The notes beneath the pieces were generated by a model. It made no database searches, was not told where the DNA came from, and was given only the letters and a program-made list of their open reading frames with translations. From NCBI GenBank assembly GCA_965200975.1, contig OZ241740.1, positions 1,925,836-1,989,835 of the forward strand: DNA of 64,000 nucleotides. Direction: 5' to 3'. Of this stretch, positions 1 through 9,475 are shown in pieces; within the stretch, counting starts at the first letter, position 1, and every line of letters starts with the position of its first letter. A program made the translations under genes and the position numbers. The stretch comes from Dehalococcoidia bacterium. Lineage in GTDB: Bacteria; Chloroflexota; Dehalococcoidia; Lucifugimonadales; Australimonadaceae.

Positions 1-261
1 GCGCCGTACATTCCGCTGACCGCCGAATCCCTTGCAGCCGCCAACCCCGACTGTATCGTCGTGCTCACTGCCGGGCTCCAATCCGTCGGCGGACGCGAAG
101 GGCTCCGGCAAATCCCCGGAGTTGGGCAGACAGCCGCCGCTCAGCAAGACTGCATCCTCGACTTCGACGACCAGTACTTCGGCGGCGGCGGTCCGCGGAT
201 GGGTCAGGTGCTGATGGATCTGCTGCGCGCTTTCCACCCTGACCTGGCGACGGCCGGATGA
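1..261 (+). CDS. hmuT: heme/hemin ABC transporter substrate-binding protein (C-terminal part, truncated by window edge)
   Basis: Open frame from base 1: APYIPLTAESLAAANPDCIVVLTAGLQSVGG...GPRMGQVLMDL, typical HmuT/ChuT C-terminus; overlaps the permease start. Confidence 0.8.
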   Translation, partial: APYIPLTAESLAAANPDCIVVLTAGLQSVGGREGLRQIPGVGQTAAAQQDCILDFDDQYFGGGGPRMGQVLMDLLRAFHPDLATAG

Positions 262-1367
262 TGGCGTCGATAAGCGTAAGAGCGCTGTCGCGGCTGCAGT
301 GGCTGCGTCAGGCAATGAACAGGCGAGCGGAGTCTTCCCAGCTTGCCGCGTCGACTCTGCTCGGAGTGATGGCGGCGCTGTTTATCGCCGTCCTTTTCGC
401 GAACGTCGGAATGGGGGCTGTGGAGATTCCGCCGGCTCAGGCGATTGCGATCGTCCTGAGCCACGCGGGGCTGGACATCGGCGTTGAGTTCGAGCCGCGT
501 ATGGACGCCATCCTGTGGGACATCCGCCTCCCCAGGGTAATCCTTGGAATCCTCGTGGGAGGCAGTCTGGGGATTGCCGGCGCCGCGCTCCAGGGCGTGT
601 TCCGGAACCCGCTGGCCGAGCCGGGCATCATCGGCGTCTCGAGCGGCGCAGCGGCCGGCGCCGTCGGAGCGATCGTCCTCGGATTCAGCGCATTTCAGGC
701 GCACGGCGTAGCCGTAGCGGCATTCCTCTCCGGCCTCCTCGCCACCACCATTGTCTATCTGGTTGCGCGAGTGTACGGGCAAACCGCAGTCACGACCCTG
801 ATCCTCGCCGGCATCGCGGTCAATGCGACGGCTGGCGCGATAACCGGCCTGTTCATCTACATCGCCGACGACGATCAGCTCCGCAGCATCACGTTCTGGA
901 CCCTCGGCCATGTTGGAGGAGCGACCTGGCCGGTGATTTCGTCGATCCTCCCCTTCTTCATCATCGGGTTCGCGCTATTGCCTTTCTGGTCTCGCGCGCT
1001 CAACCTGCTCACGCTTGGGGACAGGGAAGCCCGGCATATGGGGGTATCCACCGAACGCGTGCGCTTTGGCGTCATCGTCCTTGGCGCGCTCCTAACGGGC
1101 GCCGCCGTGTCCGTGTCCGGCATCATTAGCTTCGTCGGGCTCGTCGTGCCTCACGTCATACGCCTCGTGGCTGGGCCCGACCATCGCTTCCTCCTGCCCG
1201 CCAGCATCCTCGGCGGAGCGATAACGCTGTTGCTGGCCGACCTCGTCGCCCGGACAGTCGTCGTGCCGGCGGAACTCCCGCTCGGCGTCGTGACGGCGAT
1301 GATAGGCGGGCCATTCTTCCTCTGGCTCGTCCATCGAACGCGTATGAGTTGGGGAGGCATGGAATGA
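258..1367 (+). CDS. hmuU: FecCD-family heme ABC transporter permease
   Basis: IRLPRV, LQGVFRNPLAEPGIIGVSSGA, GIISFVGLVVPH motifs; multiple TM segments; start could be ATG at 315. Confidence 0.9.
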   Translation: MMASISVRALSRLQWLRQAMNRRAESSQLAASTLLGVMAALFIAVLFANVGMGAVEIPPAQAIAIVLSHAGLDIGVEFEPRMDAILWDIRLPRVILGILVGGSLGIAGAALQGVFRNPLAEPGIIGVSSGAAAGAVGAIVLGFSAFQAHGVAVAAFLSGLLATTIVYLVARVYGQTAVTTLILAGIAVNATAGAITGLFIYIADDDQLRSITFWTLGHVGGATWPVISSILPFFIIGFALLPFWSRALNLLTLGDREARHMGVSTERVRFGVIVLGALLTGAAVSVSGIISFVGLVVPHVIRLVAGPDHRFLLPASILGGAITLLLADLVARTVVVPAELPLGVVTAMIGGPFFLWLVHRTRMSWGGME

Positions 1368-2221
1368 CGCCCGGCCTCCGCGCCCGCCGGGTCAGCTACT
1401 CCGTCCAGGAGCGGGCGCTTGTGCGCAACATATCTCTGGACGTTCATTTTGGCGAGGTGCTGGCCGTTGTGGGCCCGAACGGCGCCGGCAAGTCCACGCT
1501 CTGCGGCCTGCTAGCAGGCGACATTACGCCTACGGAAGGCGCTATCGATGTCTGTGGACGCCCTGTCTGCAGCCTCAAGACCGGGGAACTCGCGCACCTG
1601 CGGGCAATGCTTAGCCAGCACACGGCCTTGCGCTTCCCGTTTACCGCGCGAGAGGTTGCGCTGATGGGTCGGCATCCCCATATCCGCCGATGGCGGTCGC
1701 CCGATGAGAGCGACTATGCGCGCACGGCTGATGCTTTGGAGAAGGCGGACGCGCTCTACCTCGCCGAGCGGATATATCCAACCCTTTCAGGAGGCGAGCA
1801 GCGGCGAGTGTCGGTTGCCCGCGTGCTCGCCCAGGACACGCCTGTTGTGCTGTTCGACGAGCCAACGGCAGCCCTCGATATCCGCCATCAACAGATCGTA
1901 ATGGGCCTGTGCAGGCAGCTCGCCGACGATGGCCGCGCCGTCCTCGCAGTACTCCACGACCTGAATCTGGCTGGCGCGTTCGCGGACAGAGTGCTGGTTA
2001 TGCTCGCAGGCGAAGCTGTCGCAATCGGCGATCCGGACGAAGTGCTAAGCCCGGAACTGCTGTCGGCCGTCTTCGACCAGAAAGTCATCGTCGTTCCACA
2101 TCCGCAGACCGACAGGCCCGTCGTGCTGACCTCATCCGAAGACGAACCCGGAATGCGCTTGCCGTCAGAGATAGTCAGCCTGAGTTCAGAGGCGCGCAAA
2201 AACCCCGTCGAAAGGATCTAG
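1364..2221 (+). CDS. hmuV: heme ABC transporter ATP-binding protein
   Basis: Walker A GPNGAGKST, signature LSGGEQRR, Walker B LFDEPT, H-loop VLHDLN; ATGA overlap with permease. Confidence 0.9.
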   Translation: MTPGLRARRVSYSVQERALVRNISLDVHFGEVLAVVGPNGAGKSTLCGLLAGDITPTEGAIDVCGRPVCSLKTGELAHLRAMLSQHTALRFPFTAREVALMGRHPHIRRWRSPDESDYARTADALEKADALYLAERIYPTLSGGEQRRVSVARVLAQDTPVVLFDEPTAALDIRHQQIVMGLCRQLADDGRAVLAVLHDLNLAGAFADRVLVMLAGEAVAIGDPDEVLSPELLSAVFDQKVIVVPHPQTDRPVVLTSSEDEPGMRLPSEIVSLSSEARKNPVERI

Positions 2222-2223
2222 TT

Positions 2224-2562
2224 ATGAGTGTCGTAAAGATAAACGCCATCACGCCCATACCGGGAGAAGAGCTTGAATTGGAGACCAGGTTCGGCAATCG
2301 CGTCCGCCAGGTCGAGCACATGGAAGGCTTCGAAGGATTCCAACTGCTCCGCCCCGTAGCAGGCGAGAACCGCTACTACGTCTACACCTGCTGGCGCTCT
2401 GAGGAAGACTTTCAGCGCTGGGTGCACAGCGACGAGTTCCGTCAGGGCCATGCAAAGACCGACGCCGACACTCCGGTCGCCTCCCACGCAACGCTGCTCT
2501 CGTTCGAGGTCGTCGCGTGGGAGGAGCAGCAGGCGCGAGCCCCGCAGCCCAACAACTCGTAA
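2224..2562 (+). CDS. MhuD/IsdG-like heme-degrading monooxygenase (ABM domain)
   Basis: MSVVKINAI...ETRFGNR...VEHMEGFEGFQLLRPVAGENRYYVYTCW...H...LLSFEVV resembles mycobacterial MhuD; lies in a heme uptake operon. Confidence 0.8.
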   Translation: MSVVKINAITPIPGEELELETRFGNRVRQVEHMEGFEGFQLLRPVAGENRYYVYTCWRSEEDFQRWVHSDEFRQGHAKTDADTPVASHATLLSFEVVAWEEQQARAPQPNNS

Positions 2563-2589
2563 CCACTACGCTACAGAAGGGAAACAGCA

Positions 2590-3419
2590 ATGCAGTCTCA
2601 AACGCCAATCACGCAAGTTCCAATGCCCCGCAAACGCCCCCTCCCCTCATCGTCGAAGTCCTGCGCGTCACGCATCTCACGCCGCGCATGGTGCGCGTCA
2701 CCTTCGGCGGCGAGCAGTTGGCCGGATTCGACTCGAAAGGTCCTGCCGAGCACTTTCGCCTCTTCCTGCCCGACAGCGAGACCGGCGAGCTCGCTCTCCC
2801 CATCCACGGGCCGGATGGGAACGAGTTCCCGGAGGGTGCGCCCCGCCCTATCAGCCGCGCGTACACTCCGCGCCGGTGGGACCCTCAAACGCCCGAACTG
2901 GACATGGACATCGCCCTGCACGACAACGGACCCGGATCGACTTGGGCCAGAAGCGTGAGAGAGGGGAACGTCGCCGTCATCAGCAGCCACGCAGGCGGCG
3001 CGTACTTCCCCGATCTCAATGTGGACTGGTACGTAATCGGCGGAGACGAATCCGCGCTGCCCGCTATAGGAACGGTGCTCGAAGCGCTGCCTCCTACGAT
3101 GCGCGCCGATGTCATCATCGAAGTGCACGACGATCAAGAGGAGCTCACGCTGAGATCCCCTGCCTCGCTGGAGGCGCAGTGGCTGCACCGCAAGCCGGAG
3201 GAAGCGCCTTGTCAGGCCCTCGTCCAGGCTATGCGGACAGTAACGCTGCCTGAGGGCAATGGCCGCGTATGGGTGAGTTGCGAGGCGACTGCGATGCGGG
3301 AGATTCGCCGAAGCTTCATTGAGGAGCGCGGGATAGACCGCTCGATGCTTCGCACACAGGGTTACTGGAAAGCCGGAGCGACGAACCACCCCGACCATGA
3401 CATGGGCGACGACGTGTAG
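2590..3419 (+). CDS. siderophore-interacting ferric reductase (ViuB/YqjH family), apparent 1-nt frameshift near 2637-2646
   Basis: LTPRMVRVTFGG, RAYTPRR, GPGSTWA, GDESALPAI, GYWK motifs; the RBS-preceded ATG at 2590 is out of frame with the body of the gene. Confidence 0.8.
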
Positions 3420-3444
3420 CTCCTGCCGCAACGGCTAAAGGCGC

Positions 3445-3480
3445 AACGGAGGGCGGCCCGGAGCGGGCCGCCCTCTCGTT
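3445..3480. terminator. hairpin between convergent genes (probable bidirectional terminator)
   Basis: GAGGGCGGCCCG-GAG-CGGGCCGCCCTC perfect 12-bp stem. Confidence 0.7.
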
Positions 3481-3512
3481 GGTTATGCGCCGAAAACGGG
3501 CCGAGCGCAGCC

Positions 3513-4994
3513 TTACGGCAGCCCTAGCTCGTCCCAGCGCTCGCCGACCTTGTCGAGTATCTCCATCGTCGGTTTCGACGGCGGGGGCACCGGGAATTCC
3601 GTCGTCTTGTGCTCGCGGGTGGCGTCGAGGCCCATCCCCCGGCTCGGAGGCACGAAGTCCATCTCCCCCGGACGCCCCAGGTGGCGCGGAAGCTCCGCCC
3701 CCATATGCGCGTGATTGCCAGGCTCACAGAACGACACGATCCTCCACCACACGTCGTTCCAGTCCCGAACGTCGCAGTCCTCGTCGACGACGACCACCCA
3801 CCGGTAGCGCAGGTGCGCGTAGGCGGCGTCGATAACCTCTTTCGCCTGCCCCTCGCGCTCGATCTTCGCCCGAATGACGATGACTCCGCCGGCGCCCGCA
3901 TCCGGAAAGTGCACCTCCCGGATGTTCGTGAGGCCCGACTTGCTGACCAGCGTCTGCAGGATGGAGCCGGAGCGCATCAGCGGGCGCGGGTAGTCCTCGA
4001 TGCGCCCGCATATCAGCCCGAAATTCACCGGGTTCTTGCGGTGCGTAATCGCATTCACCCGGAACACGAACACTTCGTAGTTCTTGTTGTAGAAGCCGGA
4101 AGACTCCCCGTGGGGGCCGTCGAAGTGGCGCTCTCCCGCCAGAATCTCCCCCTCGAGAATGTACTCGCTCTCCGCCGGAACCCACACGTCGATGGTGTCG
4201 CACTTCACGAGCTCGACCGGACGCCCGGCCCACGCGCCCGCCGCCTCGTACTCCGAGAGGCCGTTGGCGTTCTCCGGCACAGCCGTGCCGGCGGCGAGCA
4301 CGAGCAACGGGTCCATGCCGATCGCGATGGCGCACGGGGTGTTCTTGCCCTCCGCCTCGTTCTCGAGCACGTGAACGGCGCCATTCCGGTCGCCGACGCC
4401 GCCGTAGCTCGAACCCTTGGGCGGCGCGGCGCCCACCTTGAAGTCGCCCTGTATCTTCACCGTCGTATGGTTCCGGTCGATAATCATCGAGCGGTACTGG
4501 CCCATATTGTGCGCGCCGGTCTTGGGGTCGACGGTGATGACGCCGGCCGTCGTAGCGATGTAGCGGCCTGCGTCGAGCTCGTGCCACAGCGGCGTGGGGA
4601 TCTCTCCGAGATCGACGTCCTCGCCGAACACCTTCACCTCTTTCACCGGGCCGTCGTCGACCTTCACGCACTCGAGGCGCTCAGCCATCCCCTCCTTCAC
4701 GATGTCGTGCAGCTTCACCCAGTCCTTCGGGCCGTTGAAGGCGATGGACAGCTGGTCGAGCGAGTACATGATGTTCGTAACAAGCTGCTTGTCAGGGTTG
4801 TCGACGATGTTCTCGAAGAGCAGGCCGGGGCCTCCGCGGGTGAGGTCGCGGTAGCTGATCGCGCCGACCTCGTGGTCGAGGTTCACAGGCGCCGTGATGC
4901 GCCTGAGGAGCCCGCGCTCCTCGAGAATCATCATGTACTCCCGCATGCTCTTGTAAGCCACAGGATCGCGTTTGGTTGTAGTCGTCACGCTCAT
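3513..4994 (-). CDS. UbiD-family (prFMN-dependent) decarboxylase, paralogue 2
   Basis: GPGLLFENI, GPVKEV, DAGRYIAT, NMGQYR, DGPHGESSGFY, VVVVDEDCDVRDWNDVWW, MGLDAT. Confidence 0.88.
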   Translation of the reverse strand: MSVTTTTKRDPVAYKSMREYMMILEERGLLRRITAPVNLDHEVGAISYRDLTRGGPGLLFENIVDNPDKQLVTNIMYSLDQLSIAFNGPKDWVKLHDIVKEGMAERLECVKVDDGPVKEVKVFGEDVDLGEIPTPLWHELDAGRYIATTAGVITVDPKTGAHNMGQYRSMIIDRNHTTVKIQGDFKVGAAPPKGSSYGGVGDRNGAVHVLENEAEGKNTPCAIAIGMDPLLVLAAGTAVPENANGLSEYEAAGAWAGRPVELVKCDTIDVWVPAESEYILEGEILAGERHFDGPHGESSGFYNKNYEVFVFRVNAITHRKNPVNFGLICGRIEDYPRPLMRSGSILQTLVSKSGLTNIREVHFPDAGAGGVIVIRAKIEREGQAKEVIDAAYAHLRYRWVVVVDEDCDVRDWNDVWWRIVSFCEPGNHAHMGAELPRHLGRPGEMDFVPPSRGMGLDATREHKTTEFPVPPPSKPTMEILDKVGERWDELGLP

Positions 4995-5025
4995 CTCTCC
5001 TGAATGCGATTGCTTTCCGTCGCGC

Positions 5026-6492
5026 CTAGCTGAGGCCCAGCTCCTTCCAGCGCGACGCCACGTGCTCCATCATCTGCATGCTGGGCTGAGCAACGCCTGG
5101 ACGCGGGTGCGCGTACTCCTTGAACGGAAACGTCGCGTCGAACCCCATACCGTAGGTCGGCGGAACGAACTCCACCGAGCCGGGATGCGGCTCCGGGAAC
5201 ACGTACTCCCGGCCCCGGCGCATATCGCGGTCGGGCACCACCGACGACACGATGCGCCACAGCACGTCGTTCCAATCGCGCACGTTGCAATCCTCGTCCA
5301 CTACAATCACCCACCGGTAGCGCATATGCTCGTAGGCCGCGTCGATAATCTGCCCGGGCTGCTCCGGGCTCGTAATCTGCGCCCGGATAATCAGAAACCC
5401 CGAACGCCCCGCGTCGGGGAAGAAGACTTCCTTGATGTTCGTGAGGCCCGACTTGGCGATAAGCACGTCGAGCAGCGTGTTCGAGCGCATCAGCGGACGG
5501 GGGTAGTCCTCGATGCGCCCGCAGATGAGCCCGAAGCTGATGGGGTCTTTGCGGTGCGTAATCGCCTTGATCTTCACCATAAAGGTCGAGGGATGCTGGT
5601 TGTAGAAACCGGTCGACTCGCCGTGCGGGCCGTCGTTCACCCGCTCATACGGCACGACTTCGCCCTCCAGAACGATCTCGGCGTTGGCGGGAACGAGCAG
5701 GTCGCTGGTCTCGCACTTCACCAGATCGACCGGCCTCCCGGCCCAGGCGCCCGCCGCCTCGTACTCGCCGTAGCCGTTCTCGTCGTGAGGCACCGCAGTG
5801 CCGCACGAGAGCGTGAGCAGCGGGTCCATCCCCAGCACAATCGCGCACGGAGTCGGCAGGCCGTTCGCCTCGTTCTCGAGCACGTGGGTGGCGCCGTTCC
5901 TGTCGCCCGTCCCGCCGTAGTTCGAGCCTTGCGGCGGTTTCGCCCCGACCGCCCAGTCGCCCATAATCTCGACGGTCGTCGTGTTCTTGTCGATGATCAT
6001 CGAGCGGTACTGGCCCATATTCAGATTGCCGTTCGCGGGGTCGCGCGTGACGAACCCGGCGGTCGTGCCGATGTAGCGGCCCCCGTCCTCCTCGTGCCAT
6101 CGCGGCGTGGGGAGCATGTCGAGATCGACATCCTCGCCCATAATCTTCACGTCCTTCACAGGCCCCGAGGGCACATGGTTGGCCGGCATGCGGCGCTGCA
6201 TGCCTTCGTGGATGATGTCTCTCAGCGCCGCCCAGTCCGGATCGCCGTTAAGGGCGAGCGCGAGCTGGTCTTCGCGGTACATCACATTGGCGACGAGCGG
6301 CATCCCCGGGTAGTCCTTGATGTTCTCGAACCACAGGGCGGGGCCATCGCGGACAAGGTCGCGGTACGCGATGGCGCCAAGCTCGCCGTCGAGGTTTACC
6401 TCGGCGGCGACGCGCTTCAGCATGCCGTTGTCTTCAAGGAGCTTCAGGTAGCCGCGCAAGTCGTCGTAGGGAACGCGTTCTCGAGTCGCCAT
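5026..6492 (-). CDS. UbiD-family decarboxylase, paralogue 1
   Basis: Start MATRERVPYDDLRGY after GGAGGAGAGG RBS; same UbiD motifs (NMGQYR, DGPHGESTGFY, MGFDAT). Confidence 0.88.
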   Translation of the reverse strand: MATRERVPYDDLRGYLKLLEDNGMLKRVAAEVNLDGELGAIAYRDLVRDGPALWFENIKDYPGMPLVANVMYREDQLALALNGDPDWAALRDIIHEGMQRRMPANHVPSGPVKDVKIMGEDVDLDMLPTPRWHEEDGGRYIGTTAGFVTRDPANGNLNMGQYRSMIIDKNTTTVEIMGDWAVGAKPPQGSNYGGTGDRNGATHVLENEANGLPTPCAIVLGMDPLLTLSCGTAVPHDENGYGEYEAAGAWAGRPVDLVKCETSDLLVPANAEIVLEGEVVPYERVNDGPHGESTGFYNQHPSTFMVKIKAITHRKDPISFGLICGRIEDYPRPLMRSNTLLDVLIAKSGLTNIKEVFFPDAGRSGFLIIRAQITSPEQPGQIIDAAYEHMRYRWVIVVDEDCNVRDWNDVLWRIVSSVVPDRDMRRGREYVFPEPHPGSVEFVPPTYGMGFDATFPFKEYAHPRPGVAQPSMQMMEHVASRWKELGLS

Positions 6493-6596
6493 AGAGCCTC
6501 TCCTCCCTGGAAAGCAGGCCGCGCAAGCGCCGGCTGCAGGACGGGCCGAGTCTAGCACCGCCCGGACGCTACGGCTAGCCGCGCATGGCTTTCGAT

Positions 6597-6936
6597 CAGC
6601 GCCGGCGCGCTGCTGAGAGAGCGTCCGCTCCCCCAGATCCCCTGGGAAGCCTCCCCGCAGACCGCTTGGGGAACTCGGCAGAGTTCGCGGGGGCGGCAGC
6701 GGCAGAGGGGAGGGCGTGAGCGCCGGCGCACTGCTGGGAGAGCGTCCGCTCCCCCAGACCCCCTGGGGAGTCTCCCCGCAGACCGCTTGGGGAACTCGGC
6801 AGAGTTCGCGGGGGCGGCAGCGGCAGAGGGGAGGGCGTGAGCGCCGGCGCGCTGCTGGGAGAGCGTCCGCTCCCCCAGACCCCCTGGGGAGTCTTCCGCA
6901 GACCGCTTGGGGATGGCGCGGGACCGTCTTGGGGAA
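6597..6936. repeat. 121-bp tandem repeat (about 2.6 units), each carrying the REP-like palindrome
   Basis: Units start at 6601, 6722 and 6843; core CTGGGAGAGCGTCCGCTCCCCCAGACCCCCTGG. Confidence 0.9.
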
Positions 6937-6938
6937 AT

Positions 6939-7613
6939 TTAGAAGATCCGCGTGAACCAGTCGTTCACCGGGTACTCGACTCCCAGCCAGCGGAAGAGCA
7001 GCGGCTCGTACCAGAAAATGTCGAGCGTCATATCGAGTACGCCGACGATGAACGTCTCGAACGCCGCCCCAATCAGCAGCGCCCACCACCACCTCATCCG
7101 CGTCCAAAAGACCAGGTAACAGACGACCCACAGCGGCAGGCCGGCGTGAAAGCCGATGAACCACACTAGCAGCACCAGAAGGATGAGCGTCCCGAAGTAC
7201 AGGAAAGCGCGGCGCCTTTCGGCTTCCGGGTCCTCTCCCAGACGGAACCCCAAGTCCATAATCATGCCCGCTTCCAGAGCCTTGCGCCGCCGCAGCACTG
7301 TAACGAGGCGGATAACCCACAACGGCGCCCCAACGCCTATGACAATGAACGGAAGCCATCGCCCCGGCAGCCGCAGATCATGAATCCCGAACTGGTCGGC
7401 GATGCCCGGCGCGCTCTGAAAGAGGAAGCACGACACCGATCCGAGCGGCGTACTCACGCCCGCCTCGCAGTCCCGCGCGACAGGCAAGACGACGACCTGA
7501 AACAGGTAGACAGCCGACAACACCGCAATCACGCCGAGCAGCACCAGCTCCCCGATAATCTCCGGCGATGTCCACGGGACCTGCCGGTGAGAAGGCGGAG
7601 GCGAGCTGCTCAT
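6939..7613 (-). CDS. tctB: tripartite tricarboxylate transporter small membrane subunit (TctB-like)
   Basis: 4-5 TM helices; overlaps the tctA stop; start MSSSPPP. Confidence 0.7.
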   Translation of the reverse strand: MSSSPPPSHRQVPWTSPEIIGELVLLGVIAVLSAVYLFQVVVLPVARDCEAGVSTPLGSVSCFLFQSAPGIADQFGIHDLRLPGRWLPFIVIGVGAPLWVIRLVTVLRRRKALEAGMIMDLGFRLGEDPEAERRRAFLYFGTLILLVLLVWFIGFHAGLPLWVVCYLVFWTRMRWWWALLIGAAFETFIVGVLDMTLDIFWYEPLLFRWLGVEYPVNDWFTRIF

Positions 7614-9253
7614 GCCGGACGCTCTTGCCCACCGGGGCCATCCTCGAGGTCGGCCTCGATTTGCGTCTGCGATTGCAGCCGCTGCGCGCCTCGCTGCACT
7701 CGCAGCGAGAAGTAGACGGCAAGCCCCACGACGACGATGATGCCGATAAACGCCGGCTGCCACACCATCGAAATCCCTTCCGCTTGTATGGAAATGCTCA
7801 TGAACTTCTCGAGCGGCTGGGCGAGGACGATCGCGATAAGAATCGGCGGCCTCGGCCATGCGTACGCCTTCATAAACATCCCAAGCGCCGCGAAGGCGAG
7901 CACCACCGTCAGGTCATTTATGTCGAGGTTCGCCTGAAACGCCGAAAGCATCACAACGCCGATGACGATGGGCGCAAGCGCCAGCGGCGGCACCGCCGCC
8001 ACCTTGGTCAGGGCAGCCGAGAACCGCAGCACAATCGGCACCACAATGATGTTCGCAAGGACAATGACGTAGACGAACGACAGCGTCAGATTCAGATGCT
8101 TGTCCGGGTCGACCATCTGCGGCCCAGGCTGAATGCCGACAATAAAGAGGAACCCCAGCACAATCGCCATCGGCGCGCTGCCGGGAATCGCAAACAGCAG
8201 CGTCGGCATCAGCACTCCGCCGTCCGTCGAGTTGTTCGACGACTCAGGAGCAATAACCCCCCGAATGTCGCCCGTCCCGAAGGTGTCCCTGGCGCCCGGC
8301 TCGGTCTGGCGCGCGTTGGCGTACGCAAGCCAGTGCGCCGGCGTTGGGCCAAGGCCCGGCATCGCTCCGATGAACACGCCGATCAGCGATGAACGCGCGA
8401 TGAGCAGCTTGTGCCGAAGCGCCTCGCGCATTCCCTGGTAGACGTCGCGGTTCCCTTCCTTCAGCATGTCGCTCAGCCGTTCCCGGGCGATAGGCGTATT
8501 GCTGATGACCAGGTCGGCAATCTCCGGTATCGCGAAAAGCCCCACGACCACAGGAACGATGTCGATGCCGTCGTACAGGTAGTCGATCCCGAAGGTCGCC
8601 CGCTCCGCCTGCGCTATGTTGGTGAAGCCGATGAGCCCGATGAGCAGACCCAGCACGGCGGTGAGCAGCCCCTTGACTATCGCGCCGGAGCTGACGATGC
8701 CGACCGCGGCGATGCCGAGCAGCGAGAGCAGGAAAAACTCGGGCGACCCGAAGAGGCGCAGCAGCTCCCGCGCGAACGGGATCACCGCGAAGAGGGCGAC
8801 GCCCCCGATGACTCCCCCAATGAGCGACGACATATACGAAGCGCCCAGGGCGTAGCCCGCGTATCCCCTCCTCGCAAGCGGGTAGCCGTCCAGAATCGTC
8901 GCCTGCGACGAACGCGCGCCCGGAATACCGAGCAGTATCGACGGGATCGGCTCTGTCAGGTCGTTCGCCGCCATGTAGGCGATCACCAGCGGCAGCGAAA
9001 TGAACGGGTCGAGCTCCGTGGCGAAGCTCAGAACGACGATCAGAAAGGGCAGCCCCCCTCCCGGCATCAGGCCCGAAACAAGGGCGATGGGAATCATAAT
9101 GACGATGGCGATCATCGGCCCCGGACGCGCAAGCTGCCGCGCGCCGTCGACCGCCGCATCGAAAAACGCCGCGTCGATAGCCTGGGCGTAGAACCACCCC
9201 AGGACGATAACCACGCAGACGGAGAGAACGGTTATGGGCAGTCGGCTCGTCAT
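7610..9253 (-). CDS. tctA: tripartite tricarboxylate transporter large permease
   Basis: PSILLGIPG, ATILDGYPLA, GAMPGLG, GVIAPESSNN, LFAIPGS, GIQPGP motifs. Confidence 0.9.
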   Translation of the reverse strand: MTSRLPITVLSVCVVIVLGWFYAQAIDAAFFDAAVDGARQLARPGPMIAIVIMIPIALVSGLMPGGGLPFLIVVLSFATELDPFISLPLVIAYMAANDLTEPIPSILLGIPGARSSQATILDGYPLARRGYAGYALGASYMSSLIGGVIGGVALFAVIPFARELLRLFGSPEFFLLSLLGIAAVGIVSSGAIVKGLLTAVLGLLIGLIGFTNIAQAERATFGIDYLYDGIDIVPVVVGLFAIPEIADLVISNTPIARERLSDMLKEGNRDVYQGMREALRHKLLIARSSLIGVFIGAMPGLGPTPAHWLAYANARQTEPGARDTFGTGDIRGVIAPESSNNSTDGGVLMPTLLFAIPGSAPMAIVLGFLFIVGIQPGPQMVDPDKHLNLTLSFVYVIVLANIIVVPIVLRFSAALTKVAAVPPLALAPIVIGVVMLSAFQANLDINDLTVVLAFAALGMFMKAYAWPRPPILIAIVLAQPLEKFMSISIQAEGISMVWQPAFIGIIVVVGLAVYFSLRVQRGAQRLQSQTQIEADLEDGPGGQERPA

Positions 9254-9414
9254 AGGCGTAAGACCGGTAACGCTACGCGGGCGCAATCACTCCGTCAAGC
9301 AGCGCAGAGGGGCCCGGCAACTGTTCAGAGCGGCTAGGCGGGCGCGCGATAGCGCCCTTCTCCCGCAACTCCCGGCATCGCGCCGGCGCTCATCCCCCGG
9401 CGCCCTCTGATAGC

Positions 9415-9444
9415 AGAAGGAGCGGGCCGAAGCCCGCCCCTTCT
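9415..9444 (-). terminator. stem-loop downstream of tctC (terminator or mRNA stabiliser)
   Basis: Minus strand AGAAGGGGCGGGC-TTCG-GCCCGCTCCTTCT, with a cUUCGg tetraloop. Confidence 0.6.
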
Positions 9445-9475
9445 TTAGTCCGATTTGCATCCACGCGGCCGAAGC

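Noticed and set aside
6493-7359. N-terminal extension of the 777-aa UbiD ORF
   Set aside because: It runs through the repeat array and tctB; the real start is ATG 6492 with a strong RBS.
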